A stretch of DNA of 64,000 bases from Thermodesulfobacteriota bacterium. Its GTDB lineage: Bacteria > Desulfobacterota > Binatia > Bin18. Positions 46,242-55,533 of the stretch are shown here, piece after piece. The first letter of the stretch is position 1, and each line of letters opens with the position of its first letter. Below the pieces are notes generated by a model, which saw only the letters and a program-made list of their open reading frames with translations, ran no database searches and had not been told where the DNA came from. A program made the position numbers and the translations under genes. The DNA lies in assembly GCA_964291405.2 (NCBI GenBank), contig OZ219926.1:2176001-2240000 (forward strand), written 5' to 3'.

Positions 46242-48455
46242 TGAGCCCGCGTATATTTCTGGTCATCGCGACCCTGGCCGTGTTGGCACTGGCCAATACG
46301 GCCAGTGCTGATACACCGGCGTCGCAGTCCGGGAGCACCCTCCAGCCCATCCCCCTTGAGGATATGGAAGTCTCGGTGTTTGCCCCGGTCGCCTTGCAGG
46401 CCGTGCGCATTCCCCAGTCCATTATCCTCGATGGTCGGCTAACCGAGCCGGCCTGGCAGAACGGCGCCGGTCGGCAGCGACTTCCGCCAACGCGAACCCG
46501 ACGAAGGCGCTCCGGCCTCCCAGCCGACCGAGGTGCGCGTCCTGTACACGGCGACCCATCTCTACGTCGGCGTGCTGTGTCACGACTCGGATCCGGGTGC
46601 CGCGGTGGCCACCCGCTTCAACCGGGATGCGGACCTGGCCGCGGATGATCGGGTGACGCTCCTGTTCGATACGTTTGCGGATCGGCGCAACGCGTTCAAA
46701 TTTCAAACCAACTCGGTTGGGGCACGGGTGGACGAACTCATCGGAGACGAGGGGGAGACCGAAAACCGGGACTGGAACGGTATCTGGAACGTCAAGACCG
46801 CACGCTCACCGAGCGGCTGGAGCGCGGAATTTGAAATTCCGTTTCAGACCCTCAGCTATGCCCCAGGACAATCGAGCTGGGGTTTCAACGTCCAGCGCAT
46901 CATCAAGCGGGTGAACGAAGAAACGGTCTGGAGCGGCTACCTCCAGAGCCTGGACTTCAACCGGGTCTCACGCGCGGGTCGACTCACCGGACTGCGCGGC
47001 AGATCCCAGGGTCTGGGGCTCGATTTTTCCCCGTTTCTGACCACCGAGGTGCGCCGCGATGCCACGTCCTTTAAGCCGGGCTTTGACCTGTTCTACAAAC
47101 CCACCCCCGGCCTGACGCTCAGCCTGACGCTCAACACTGACTTTTCCGAGGCCGAGACGGACGATGTGCAGGTCAATCTGACGCGTTTTTCACTCTTTTT
47201 CCCCGAGAAGCGGCAGTTCTTTCTGGAGGACGCGCCCAATTTTGCGGTTGACGGACTGACCCCGACCTCGGGGCCGTTGGTGATTATCCCCTTTTTCAGC
47301 CGGCGGGTCGGCATTGCCGACGACGGCAAGCCGGTTGACATGATCGGCGGCGCAAAACTCAGCGGCCGAGTTGGCAAGTATTCCCTGGGAATACTCAGCG
47401 CCCAGACCCAGGAACGCGATCCCGTACCGGGCGAGAATTTCAGCGTGGTCCGGCTCAAGCGCGACGTCGGAGAACAGGCCTCGGTAGGACTGATCGCGAC
47501 CCGTCGGACACCGGAGAACGGGGATGCGACCGGCCTCTACGGGCATGACTTTCTGTATAAAACAACCAGCTTTCTGGGAAGGCGCAACCTCACCCTGTCT
47601 TCGTTTGTGTTAAAGAGTTTTCGTCCCACGGCGCGCAAGAACTGGGCCTGGGGCAGTCAGATCAATCTGCCCAACGACACCTGGACGATATTCGGCACCT
47701 ATCGTGAGGTGCAACGCGATTTTGAGGCCAGCATGGGCTTTGTGCCGCGCACCGGCATTCGGCGCTTTGGCTGGTTCCTCCAGGCGGCTCCGCGGCCCGG
47801 GCGCTGGGGAACGCGGCAGGTCGCCTGTGCTTTTGACGGCAATTATATTACCGACCAGTCCACGGACCGCCTCCTCACCCGCAACATCGTCTTTCCCTGT
47901 GAGTGGCGCTTCGAGAGCGGCGACACCCTCATGTTTCGGGCCTGGCAGCAGTTGGAACGCCTGACCGAAGATTTTGAGATCAGCCGCGGTGTCCGCCTGT
48001 TGCCCGGCCGCCACACCTTTCGCCGTTATATGGTCAAAGCCGAGACCGCGGATAAACGCAAGCTGTCGGCCAGTCTGGCCCATTTCTGGGGCGACTATTA
48101 CAGCGGCAAGCGCGACAGTTGGAACCTGCGTCTTAATTTTCAGCCCGGCCCGCGCCTGTTCCTGAGCCCAGAGTATCTCCAGAGCGATGTCCGTCTGCCT
48201 GAGGGCAATTTTGTCACGCGTCTGCTGCGGGTGCGGCTGGACATAGCCGTCAACCCCAATCTGTCCTGGTTCAGCCTGATCCAGTATGACAACGTATCGG
48301 ACGTGTTCAGCATCAACACGCGCATTCGCTGGATTATCGAACCGGGCAACGACATCTTTCTGGTCTTCAACCAGCGCTGGCTGGACGAAGAGGGCGGCTT
48401 CCGCTCCATCGGCCGCGAGGGCCGCTTCAAGGTGCGCTACACGTATCGGTTTTGA
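46241..48455 (+). pseudogene. CBM9-like/DUF5916 outer-membrane protein, frameshifted at ~46460
   Basis: Signal peptide and IILDGRLTEPAWQ are in one frame; TAPVGSDFRQREPDEGAPASQPTEVRVLY continues after one extra A. Also NTDFSEAE, NLTRFSLFFPEKRQFF and C-terminal YTYRF. Start uncertain (GTG 46199 or TTG 46241). Confidence 0.8.
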
Positions 48456-48488
48456 TAGAGAACGCTCTGGGCTTACATCTCTTAGTTC

Positions 48489-48614
48489 TTAGTGCGGGGA
48501 TGGCGGCTGGGCGTGGTGGGTCTTCTGAATTTTTGACAAGCGCCATACAAACCATGCCAGGCCGGTCAGGCCGGTCAGGACGCCAACAGATGCAAGTATC
48601 TCAATGAGAGTCAC
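48489..48614 (-). CDS. Small single-TM protein (41 aa), not in the ORF track
   Basis: MTLIEILASVGVLTGLTGLAWFVWRLSKIQKTHHAQPPSPH; its GTG start overlaps the upstream stop (GTGA) behind GGAG. Confidence 0.5.
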   Translation of the reverse strand: MTLIEILASVGVLTGLTGLAWFVWRLSKIQKTHHAQPPSPH

Positions 48615-48853
48615 GATTTCTCCTCCTCAATCGAATCAACCAGACGATAAATCACCAGCATTTGTGTCAGAATGGTTCTAACCAAAAGATAGGAAAGGGG
48701 TAAACCCAAGAGTCCGGCTACTACTTGAATCTCGGCCGAGGCATAGGAGATCAAAATCCCAACTGACCCGCCAAGTATAGCAAAGAAGAATACCATGAGA
48801 AATTTGAGTAATTCTGTCTCCCATCGGATTTGTTCTGCTCGTTTATCCGCCAT
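48611..48853 (-). CDS. Small two-TM hypothetical protein
   Basis: Two hydrophobic segments; purine-rich RBS. Confidence 0.65.
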   Translation of the reverse strand: MADKRAEQIRWETELLKFLMVFFFAILGGSVGILISYASAEIQVVAGLLGLPLSYLLVRTILTQMLVIYRLVDSIEEEKS

Positions 48854-48919
48854 CCCTATTCCCCTTCTCGCCCGAAAGTGCTCTTACCGCCCCAAACTAA
48901 CGACATCATTGCGCAAGCG

Positions 48920-51430
48920 TCACCATGCTGCCGGAGATGGTAACACGGTCTCAACCCGGTAACTCTTCCCATCGCTCCGCACCGTTACCGCTCCTACCTG
49001 GTCCGTTCTGAGCAAGGTCGTACCCTGCTGCTCATAGCGGCCCACCACTTCTGGCGCTGGAAAGCGAAAGCGGTTTTGATAGCCGAGCGAAGCGATCGCT
49101 ATCTCAGGTGACACGGCTTCAAGAAAGGGCCGGGTGCTTGAGCTGCGGCTGCCGTGATGGGGAACCTTGAGAATCTCGCTCTGAAGAGGTGCCGGTGTTC
49201 CGAGCAGAATGCCCTCCCCCACAGCCTCAACATCACCGGAAAACAGCATATCCACCTCCCCGTGACTGAGACGGAGCACAAGGGAGGCGTCGTTTGTGTC
49301 CAGTCCGGTCTGGCCGCAGGGCGGATGCAGGATGTGGACCTGCACCCCACCAATTTCCCGGTCCGGCGTATCGCGGCACAAAGTGTGGGCCTGGATACCG
49401 TTCTCTTGCAACGTCGCCATCAGCCGCTTGAAACGCGAGCTTTTTGACTCCTGACCATTAAACCAGAAGGCTGTGGCGCCAAAGTGCTCGGCCAAAAACT
49501 CCAGCCCGCCGTAGTGGTCAAGGTTGGGATGGCTGAGGACCAGCGTGTCTATACGTCCTATTTTCTGCTGCCACAAGAAAGGCGCAACAATAGCCCGACC
49601 CGAATCAAACGTCTGACTCGTGAATCCGCCTGCGTCAATGACCATGACGTGAGAGCCGGGAAACTCGACCACGGCCGCATCACCCTGTCCGACATCGAGA
49701 AAAGAGACCTGCAGCTCAGTCTGAAAATAGCGTTGAGTCAGCCAGTACAGACCGTCACAGAGCATCAGGCCGAACAGGCAGGAGAAAAAGACTCGTCGCA
49801 GCCCGGATGGTTGGAAGCGTGAGTAGAACAAGAGGGAAACACAGAAGGTATAAAACAGCAGAAGTTCAAAAGACGTGAGGGTTACAAAGTGAATGGCGGT
49901 GAAGGGCAAAGCTGCGATGGCTTCGACCATCCCCACGCCGAGCGAGACCACGGCTCCGGCACACCACCCGACCAGGGTCGCAGCACTCGTGTGAATAAAC
50001 ACCAGCACTGCTGTAGCCAGACCCAACACCACGGCGGCACTCCCCAGGAAAGGGACCAACAGCAGATTGGCCACAAATCCAACCAGCGGGACAGTATGAA
50101 AATGGGTCGCGACAAGCGGGAGCGTACCGACCGTCGCACTCAGAGTAACAAGACAATAGAGACCGGCCCAGCGCTGGAATCGTTGTCGCCATTGAGAGGG
50201 GTCGACATCTCGCGCTTTGTCACGATTATCACGCCAGATTTGGAAACGGCGCAGGCCAAGAAAAATAGCCAAGACGGCCACAAAAGAAAGCTGAAAAGAG
50301 ATATCAAGGACGGCTCCCGGCCAGAGCAGCGATACGATCAGGGCAGCAAGGGCGAGGCTGCGGAAGACCTCCTCTTTTTGGTCCAGCAGCAGCGCAGTGA
50401 GAAAGACAGTCACCATAATGACCGCCCGCAAGGTCGAAACACTACCGCCTGCAAGTCCGGCGTACAGTAGCACGACCGGCAGCGTAAAGAGCGCGGCCAG
50501 TTTGGGTACCGACCACATCAACAGCGCATACTGACTCCGCGCCAGGAGCCACCACCAGGCTCCATACGCCAGCGCTGCAACCAGGCCGATGTGAAGCCCG
50601 GAAATGGCAAGGACGTGGGCAACACCCACCCGCGTGAAGCTGTCGCGCAACTCCGGCTTGAGGCGGCTTTTATCGCCGATGATCAACGCGCGGAGAATGG
50701 CCGCGGCTGTGGTTGAAAGCTGCGCGTCAAAGAATGCACCGACTGTCCGACGAACGTGTTCAAGCCGATGACGCAACCCAGTACCGGTCCTGTTGTCCGG
50801 CTCGATCTTTTCGATTTTTCGGTCATCCCACACAAAAGCAGTGAGATAGAGACCCCGCCGGGCCAGATAGCCTGCATAATCAAAACTGCCCGGCGTATGA
50901 AAATTGCGCGGGGTGCGGAGTTTGAGCGGAAGCTTCATCACATCGCCGTATTGCCAGCGACCTTGGAGATGACGAACGGTGACAAGCACCTTGCCCGTTA
51001 CCGGCCGTGACTGCCCGTCTTGCCAGATGCGTCGCGCCTCAAGATATAACCGGCCGCGGGCCGGACCCCGTTCCGGCTCCTGGAACAGCCAACCTTCGAG
51101 TGTAACTTTTTGTGGTAAAGTAAGCTGCCGGAGGTGGTGCACGGGAAAATCGGGAGTGTAGACGCGCTGGAGAGCGAGATTACCGACCAGGAAAGCGCCG
51201 CTCAGCAGACTGACCAAAACGGCTAGACGGAACCCCCCTATGATCCAACTGGCCACACTGAGAATCAGCAGTCCGCCCAGCCATAGAGGAGAAGCCGCCT
51301 GCCAGCCCCAGGCCACACCGGCTTGGCCCAAGAGATACACCAGAGCGAGATGGATGAGGATCGACCGCTCAAGCCAGCCCGTCAGACGAAGACATGTGAG
51401 AGACGCTTGCCAGGACAGCTGACGAGACAT
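48920..51430 (-). CDS. comEC: DNA uptake channel ComEC/Rec2
   Basis: HVLAISGLH, SFQLSF, FLDVGQGDA, SHPNLDHYGG and LKVPHHGS. Confidence 0.95.
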   Translation of the reverse strand: MSRQLSWQASLTCLRLTGWLERSILIHLALVYLLGQAGVAWGWQAASPLWLGGLLILSVASWIIGGFRLAVLVSLLSGAFLVGNLALQRVYTPDFPVHHLRQLTLPQKVTLEGWLFQEPERGPARGRLYLEARRIWQDGQSRPVTGKVLVTVRHLQGRWQYGDVMKLPLKLRTPRNFHTPGSFDYAGYLARRGLYLTAFVWDDRKIEKIEPDNRTGTGLRHRLEHVRRTVGAFFDAQLSTTAAAILRALIIGDKSRLKPELRDSFTRVGVAHVLAISGLHIGLVAALAYGAWWWLLARSQYALLMWSVPKLAALFTLPVVLLYAGLAGGSVSTLRAVIMVTVFLTALLLDQKEEVFRSLALAALIVSLLWPGAVLDISFQLSFVAVLAIFLGLRRFQIWRDNRDKARDVDPSQWRQRFQRWAGLYCLVTLSATVGTLPLVATHFHTVPLVGFVANLLLVPFLGSAAVVLGLATAVLVFIHTSAATLVGWCAGAVVSLGVGMVEAIAALPFTAIHFVTLTSFELLLFYTFCVSLLFYSRFQPSGLRRVFFSCLFGLMLCDGLYWLTQRYFQTELQVSFLDVGQGDAAVVEFPGSHVMVIDAGGFTSQTFDSGRAIVAPFLWQQKIGRIDTLVLSHPNLDHYGGLEFLAEHFGATAFWFNGQESKSSRFKRLMATLQENGIQAHTLCRDTPDREIGGVQVHILHPPCGQTGLDTNDASLVLRLSHGEVDMLFSGDVEAVGEGILLGTPAPLQSEILKVPHHGSRSSSTRPFLEAVSPEIAIASLGYQNRFRFPAPEVVGRYEQQGTTLLRTDQVGAVTVRSDGKSYRVETVLPSPAAW

Positions 51431-51456
51431 GGTGTGCGAGCGATGGGCCGACTCGG

Positions 51457-53376
51457 TTAGCGTGAAGCGGGGTGTGCCCGTAAGTGCTGGTGTATTTTTT
51501 CCGCCAGGATCGGGGTAATCCCCGCGACCTGGCCCAACGCTTCGGGTGCGGCGGCGCGCACGCGCTTAAGACTGCCAAAATGCCGTAAGAGCGCTTTGCG
51601 TTTGGCCGGGCCAACGCCGCTAATCGCCTCAAGCGGCGAACTGAGACGCTCTTTGGCACGTAGGTTCCGGTGGTAGGTAATGGCAAAGCGGTGGGCCTCA
51701 TCCCTGATACGTTGCAGAAGGAAGAGCGCCGTAGCGTTGGGCTTGAGAATGACCGGATTCTTGCGACCGGGCAGAAAGACGCGCTCGGAGGAATGAGCGA
51801 CTTCTTCGGCAAACGGGTCCCGCTCGGTCCGCATCTTGGCCAGACCAATGACATCCACCTCAGTAATTCCCAACTCTCGCAGCACAGTGACTGCGACGCC
51901 GAGTTGGCCTTTGCCGCCATCCACCATGAGAAGGTCCGGCAGGTCATGTTCCGCCAAGGCGCGCTGATAGCGGCGGGTGAGGACTTCATACATCATGCCG
52001 AAATCATCCGCTCCCTCGACGGTTTTGATGCGAAACCGGCGGTAGCGGTTCCTATCCGGCTCGCACTCGTCAAAGACAACCATGGAACCAACGGAGAGAT
52101 TGCCCTGGGTATTCGAGATATCGAAACACTCAATCCGTTTTGGCGCGTTTTGCAGATGCAGCGCACGGCGGAGGTTCCCCAGGGTTTTCTCCTTATGTTC
52201 TTCTCCCCGCCGCTTTTCGACAAAGCTGTGACGCGCGTTTTCCTGAGCCATTTCCACCAGTCGCAGTTTGGCTCCGCGCTGCGGACAGAGCAGGCTGATC
52301 TTTTTCCCTTTCCGTTCCGAGAGGAGTTCCGCCCGGATGTCGGCATCGTCAAGTGCAACGGGGACAAGAATCTCGTCGGGGATAAATCGGCCGCTCTGGT
52401 AGAATTGGCTCAGGAATTCAGCCACGACCTCCACGTCGGGAAACTCATTATCGGTAAAGCTATAGGCCAGATTGCCAACCAGTTTCCCGCCGCGTACAAA
52501 CAGGACCTGTCCTTCGATCAGCCCGCCTTCGCGGTACAGGCCGAACACGTCCTGGTCGTTCCCCAGGGGGGTGGCGACCTGCTGCTTTTCCGCGGTTTTT
52601 GTCATGGCCTGGATTTGATCCCGTAGCCGGGCGGCTTCTTCAAAACGCAACGCGTCGGCGGCCTGGTTCATCTGCCGGGTGAGGCGATCTATCAGTTGGG
52701 TGCTTTTGCCTTCGAGCAGCAGCAGGGCATTTTTCAGTTGGTGCTGATAGTCTTCGGGATCAACCGGCAGGGTACAAGGACCGAGGCAGCGCTTGATCTG
52801 GTATTCCAGACACGGCCTGGTGCGGTTGCGAAAGACAGTGTCGGTACAGGTTCGCAGGGGAAAGACTCTGCGAATGATTTCCAAGGTCTCCTGGACTGCC
52901 GTGCTGGAGTGAAACGGTCCCAGATATTTACTGCCGTCCTTCGCAATCTGGCGGGTCAGGAGGAGACGGGGCCACTGGTCGTGCTGGGTGACCTTCACGT
53001 GCCAATAGGAGGTATTGTCCTTGAGCCGGATATTATACCGAGGCCGGAATTGCTTGATCAGGGTGTCTTCGAGCAGCAGGGCTTCTTTTTCGGTTTGGGT
53101 AACAATAACCTCAACATCGGTCAGTTGGGCGAGGAGAAAACGGATTTGTGCACGACCGTCCCCGCCACGGGCGTATTGTCTGACCCTGGCGCGCAGATTG
53201 TTCGCTTTCCCGACGTAGATGACGGTGCCGGTGTGATCCGTGAACTTATAGACGCCGGGACTGGTTGGCAGGGTTGTCAGCTTGGCTTCGAGTTCGGCGT
53301 TACGGGAGAAAGAGGAAACGTGTCCGGCTTTTTTGTCTGGTTGGAGGACAGGTTTCCTCTTTACGGCACTCGCCAC
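51457..53376 (-). CDS. uvrC: Excinuclease ABC subunit C
   Basis: PGVY...IYVGKA (GIY-YIG), RIECFDIS, VDGGKGQ, RDEAHRFA and HhH tail. Probable start is GTG 53376 after GAGGA. Confidence 0.96.
   Translation of the reverse strand: MASAVKRKPVLQPDKKAGHVSSFSRNAELEAKLTTLPTSPGVYKFTDHTGTVIYVGKANNLRARVRQYARGGDGRAQIRFLLAQLTDVEVIVTQTEKEALLLEDTLIKQFRPRYNIRLKDNTSYWHVKVTQHDQWPRLLLTRQIAKDGSKYLGPFHSSTAVQETLEIIRRVFPLRTCTDTVFRNRTRPCLEYQIKRCLGPCTLPVDPEDYQHQLKNALLLLEGKSTQLIDRLTRQMNQAADALRFEEAARLRDQIQAMTKTAEKQQVATPLGNDQDVFGLYREGGLIEGQVLFVRGGKLVGNLAYSFTDNEFPDVEVVAEFLSQFYQSGRFIPDEILVPVALDDADIRAELLSERKGKKISLLCPQRGAKLRLVEMAQENARHSFVEKRRGEEHKEKTLGNLRRALHLQNAPKRIECFDISNTQGNLSVGSMVVFDECEPDRNRYRRFRIKTVEGADDFGMMYEVLTRRYQRALAEHDLPDLLMVDGGKGQLGVAVTVLRELGITEVDVIGLAKMRTERDPFAEEVAHSSERVFLPGRKNPVILKPNATALFLLQRIRDEAHRFAITYHRNLRAKERLSSPLEAISGVGPAKRKALLRHFGSLKRVRAAAPEALGQVAGITPILAEKIHQHLRAHPASR
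53309..53362 (-). repeat. 54-bp palindromic element, copy 5 (in frame at the uvrC N-terminus)
   Basis: AAAGAGGAAACGTGTCC-ggcttttttgtctggttgga-GGACAGGTTTCCTCTTT. Confidence 0.9.
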
Positions 53377-53386
53377 ACAAATCCTC

Positions 53387-53417
53387 AAAAAAGAAGGGCG
53401 ACCCCGAAGGCCGCCCT
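53387..53417 (-). terminator. Intrinsic terminator after comEA
   Basis: Minus strand AGGGCGGCC-TTCG-GGGTCGCCCT followed by TCTTTTTT. Confidence 0.8.
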
Positions 53418-53464
53418 GACAGCAGTGTTCAGAGGCACTGCTATTCTGTTGCAGGTTCCATCGG

Positions 53465-53806
53465 TTATTCGCTGGACCCCACGGTGATTTGCTCTTTCAG
53501 TTTCTCAAGCGTCTTCTCGCCAACGCCCTTGACGTTTTTCAGATCATCTACAGTCGCAAACGGACCATTGGCTTCGCGATGGGCGATAATGGCCGCGGCT
53601 TTTGTTTCACCGATACCGGGCAGGGTCTGCAAGGCAGCCGCGTCCGCCGTGTTGATATCAATCGGCCCGGCAGCCTCAGGCATCTGCTCCTCAGCGGCTT
53701 CAGCCGTCTCCTCAGCCGCCTCGTGATGATCCGCCCAGACGGGCGTCCCCATAAAACAGCCGACCGCAAAAACTCCAAGCGCCAACCAGAGAAATCTCTG
53801 TTTCAT
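53465..53806 (-). CDS. comEA: ComEA-like helix-hairpin-helix DNA-binding protein
   Basis: Signal peptide; IDINTA, LPGIG and VKGVGEK; GGAGG RBS before ATG 53806. Confidence 0.92.
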   Translation of the reverse strand: MKQRFLWLALGVFAVGCFMGTPVWADHHEAAEETAEAAEEQMPEAAGPIDINTADAAALQTLPGIGETKAAAIIAHREANGPFATVDDLKNVKGVGEKTLEKLKEQITVGSSE

Positions 53807-53978
53807 GCTTCCTCCGTACAAGAATAGGATAAGAAAACACACTAGGTCTGCAATCAATATCTGTCAATACGTCATCAAGGAGGACCCCGGTCGCGTTGAC
53901 CGAGCAGGGGAAACCCGTTAGATGAAGGGCTGATATACTACAGCTACCGATCTGCTTACAGAAGGAGAACCGTTCAGC

Positions 53979-55349
53979 ATGGCGACGATGATCACCGATG
54001 ACTGTATCAACTGCGGAGCGTGTGAGCCCGAATGTCCCAATACCGCCATCTATCAGGGAGGCGTGGAGTGGGACTTTAACGGCGCCACGAATCCGGCTAT
54101 CGATGACGACATCTTCTATATCGTGCCGGATAAATGTACGGAGTGTGTGGGCTTTTTCGATGAGGAAGCGTGTGCGGCCGTGTGTCCGGTCGACTGCTGC
54201 CTGCCCAACCCGGACATTGTCGAGACCGAAGAGGTGTTACTGGCGCGGGCCAAGGAGTTACATCCCGAGCAGACGTTTGGGGAGGACTTCCCCTCTCGCT
54301 TCAAAGGGGAAGGAGGAGAATCCACTCCGGCTGAAGCCGAGGCCCCGGCGGCGAATGGCGCAGCGGCACCAGCGGCCGCAGCGGCACCAGCCGCAGCTCC
54401 TGCCGCGGTGGCACCCGTCGCCGTAGCGCCAGCAGTGACGGCACCGACACCCAAGCCGGTTGCGCCCAAAAAGGTTGTCGAGGAAAAGGTCTTTGAAGGT
54501 GAACTGGCCGGTACGTACGCCCAGGCCCTGGCCCGCGTCCAGCAGGCGCAAAACCATTCAATTCTGGGGACGCTCCTTGCCTCGGCTCAGCCCATCCTTG
54601 GCGCGCTGCCGCTCTCAACTAAGCGCGCCCTGGAGCAAGCTATTGGGGATACGCGCTATTTTCATGTCGGGACGGCAACCAGCCTGAATATCCTTTTCAA
54701 TATGGTCCTGTATCCGATTATTCTCCTGGCCGTTTATAGCGCTGTTTTAGGAGGAGAACTCTTCAGTCAGGCGGCGAATAAATTTATCTTTCTGGGCGTA
54801 CTCATTGCCTCGGTCGAAACCTTAATCCGCCTGCGCGAGTCTTTCTTTCAGGGCGTTCCAACCGAAGAAACTCCGCTGCGTGGGACCTTCTATGGCCTCC
54901 CCCTTGCTCCGGCGATGGCCCCTTTTCTCGGTATCTCCGGCGGACGGACGCCTGATAAGGGCGACCAGCCGATTGAGGGCTATTATACACCGGAATTTGA
55001 TGAAAAGACCGAACGTTCGCGCCGTTACGGCGAACGATACACGGTCGAAGAACAGGGCAATGCCTATATCCTGCGCATGGAATTCCCGCGTCGGGTCCCG
55101 GTTTCCGCTGCTAAGCGGGAAATGGGGATTGGCGATGAAATGCCTGACTACGAGTATACGCTCTCTCTGAAGGACGGCAATTTTCTTGTCCGCGGCAGTG
55201 TCGATGACCCTGATATCCGTAAACTTGCCGCGGTATCGTCCGCGTTTCCCCCTGACTTTAATAAACGCATTGATGTGAGGGGAACCATATCGAGTTTCAA
55301 GCATCGCTATAGCGATAAGACGCTCGAAGTTGTGCTGTTCAAGCGCTAG
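53979..55349 (+). CDS. YfhL-like 2x[4Fe-4S] ferredoxin fused to a TM region and a C-terminal beta-rich domain
   Basis: CINCGACEPECP and CTECVG...CAAVCP; Ala/Pro linker; two hydrophobic helices; AAGGAG RBS. Confidence 0.85.
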   Translation: MATMITDDCINCGACEPECPNTAIYQGGVEWDFNGATNPAIDDDIFYIVPDKCTECVGFFDEEACAAVCPVDCCLPNPDIVETEEVLLARAKELHPEQTFGEDFPSRFKGEGGESTPAEAEAPAANGAAAPAAAAAPAAAPAAVAPVAVAPAVTAPTPKPVAPKKVVEEKVFEGELAGTYAQALARVQQAQNHSILGTLLASAQPILGALPLSTKRALEQAIGDTRYFHVGTATSLNILFNMVLYPIILLAVYSAVLGGELFSQAANKFIFLGVLIASVETLIRLRESFFQGVPTEETPLRGTFYGLPLAPAMAPFLGISGGRTPDKGDQPIEGYYTPEFDEKTERSRRYGERYTVEEQGNAYILRMEFPRRVPVSAAKREMGIGDEMPDYEYTLSLKDGNFLVRGSVDDPDIRKLAAVSSAFPPDFNKRIDVRGTISSFKHRYSDKTLEVVLFKR

Positions 55350-55533
55350 GGCTCTTCCAGAGCGATACGAGCAGGAGCGCGCAGAGGAGCCTCTTCTCTC
55401 AGAGATAGGTGGAGAGGTGTTGCTCCGCCGTACCCGTCACTACCCGCTTCCCAGACAGCGCCCCTGCTTATGGGGAAGGACGCCTCGTCGGACAATGCTT
55501 GCAAAAACCCGACTCGCCCCATAAGCAGTAAGT

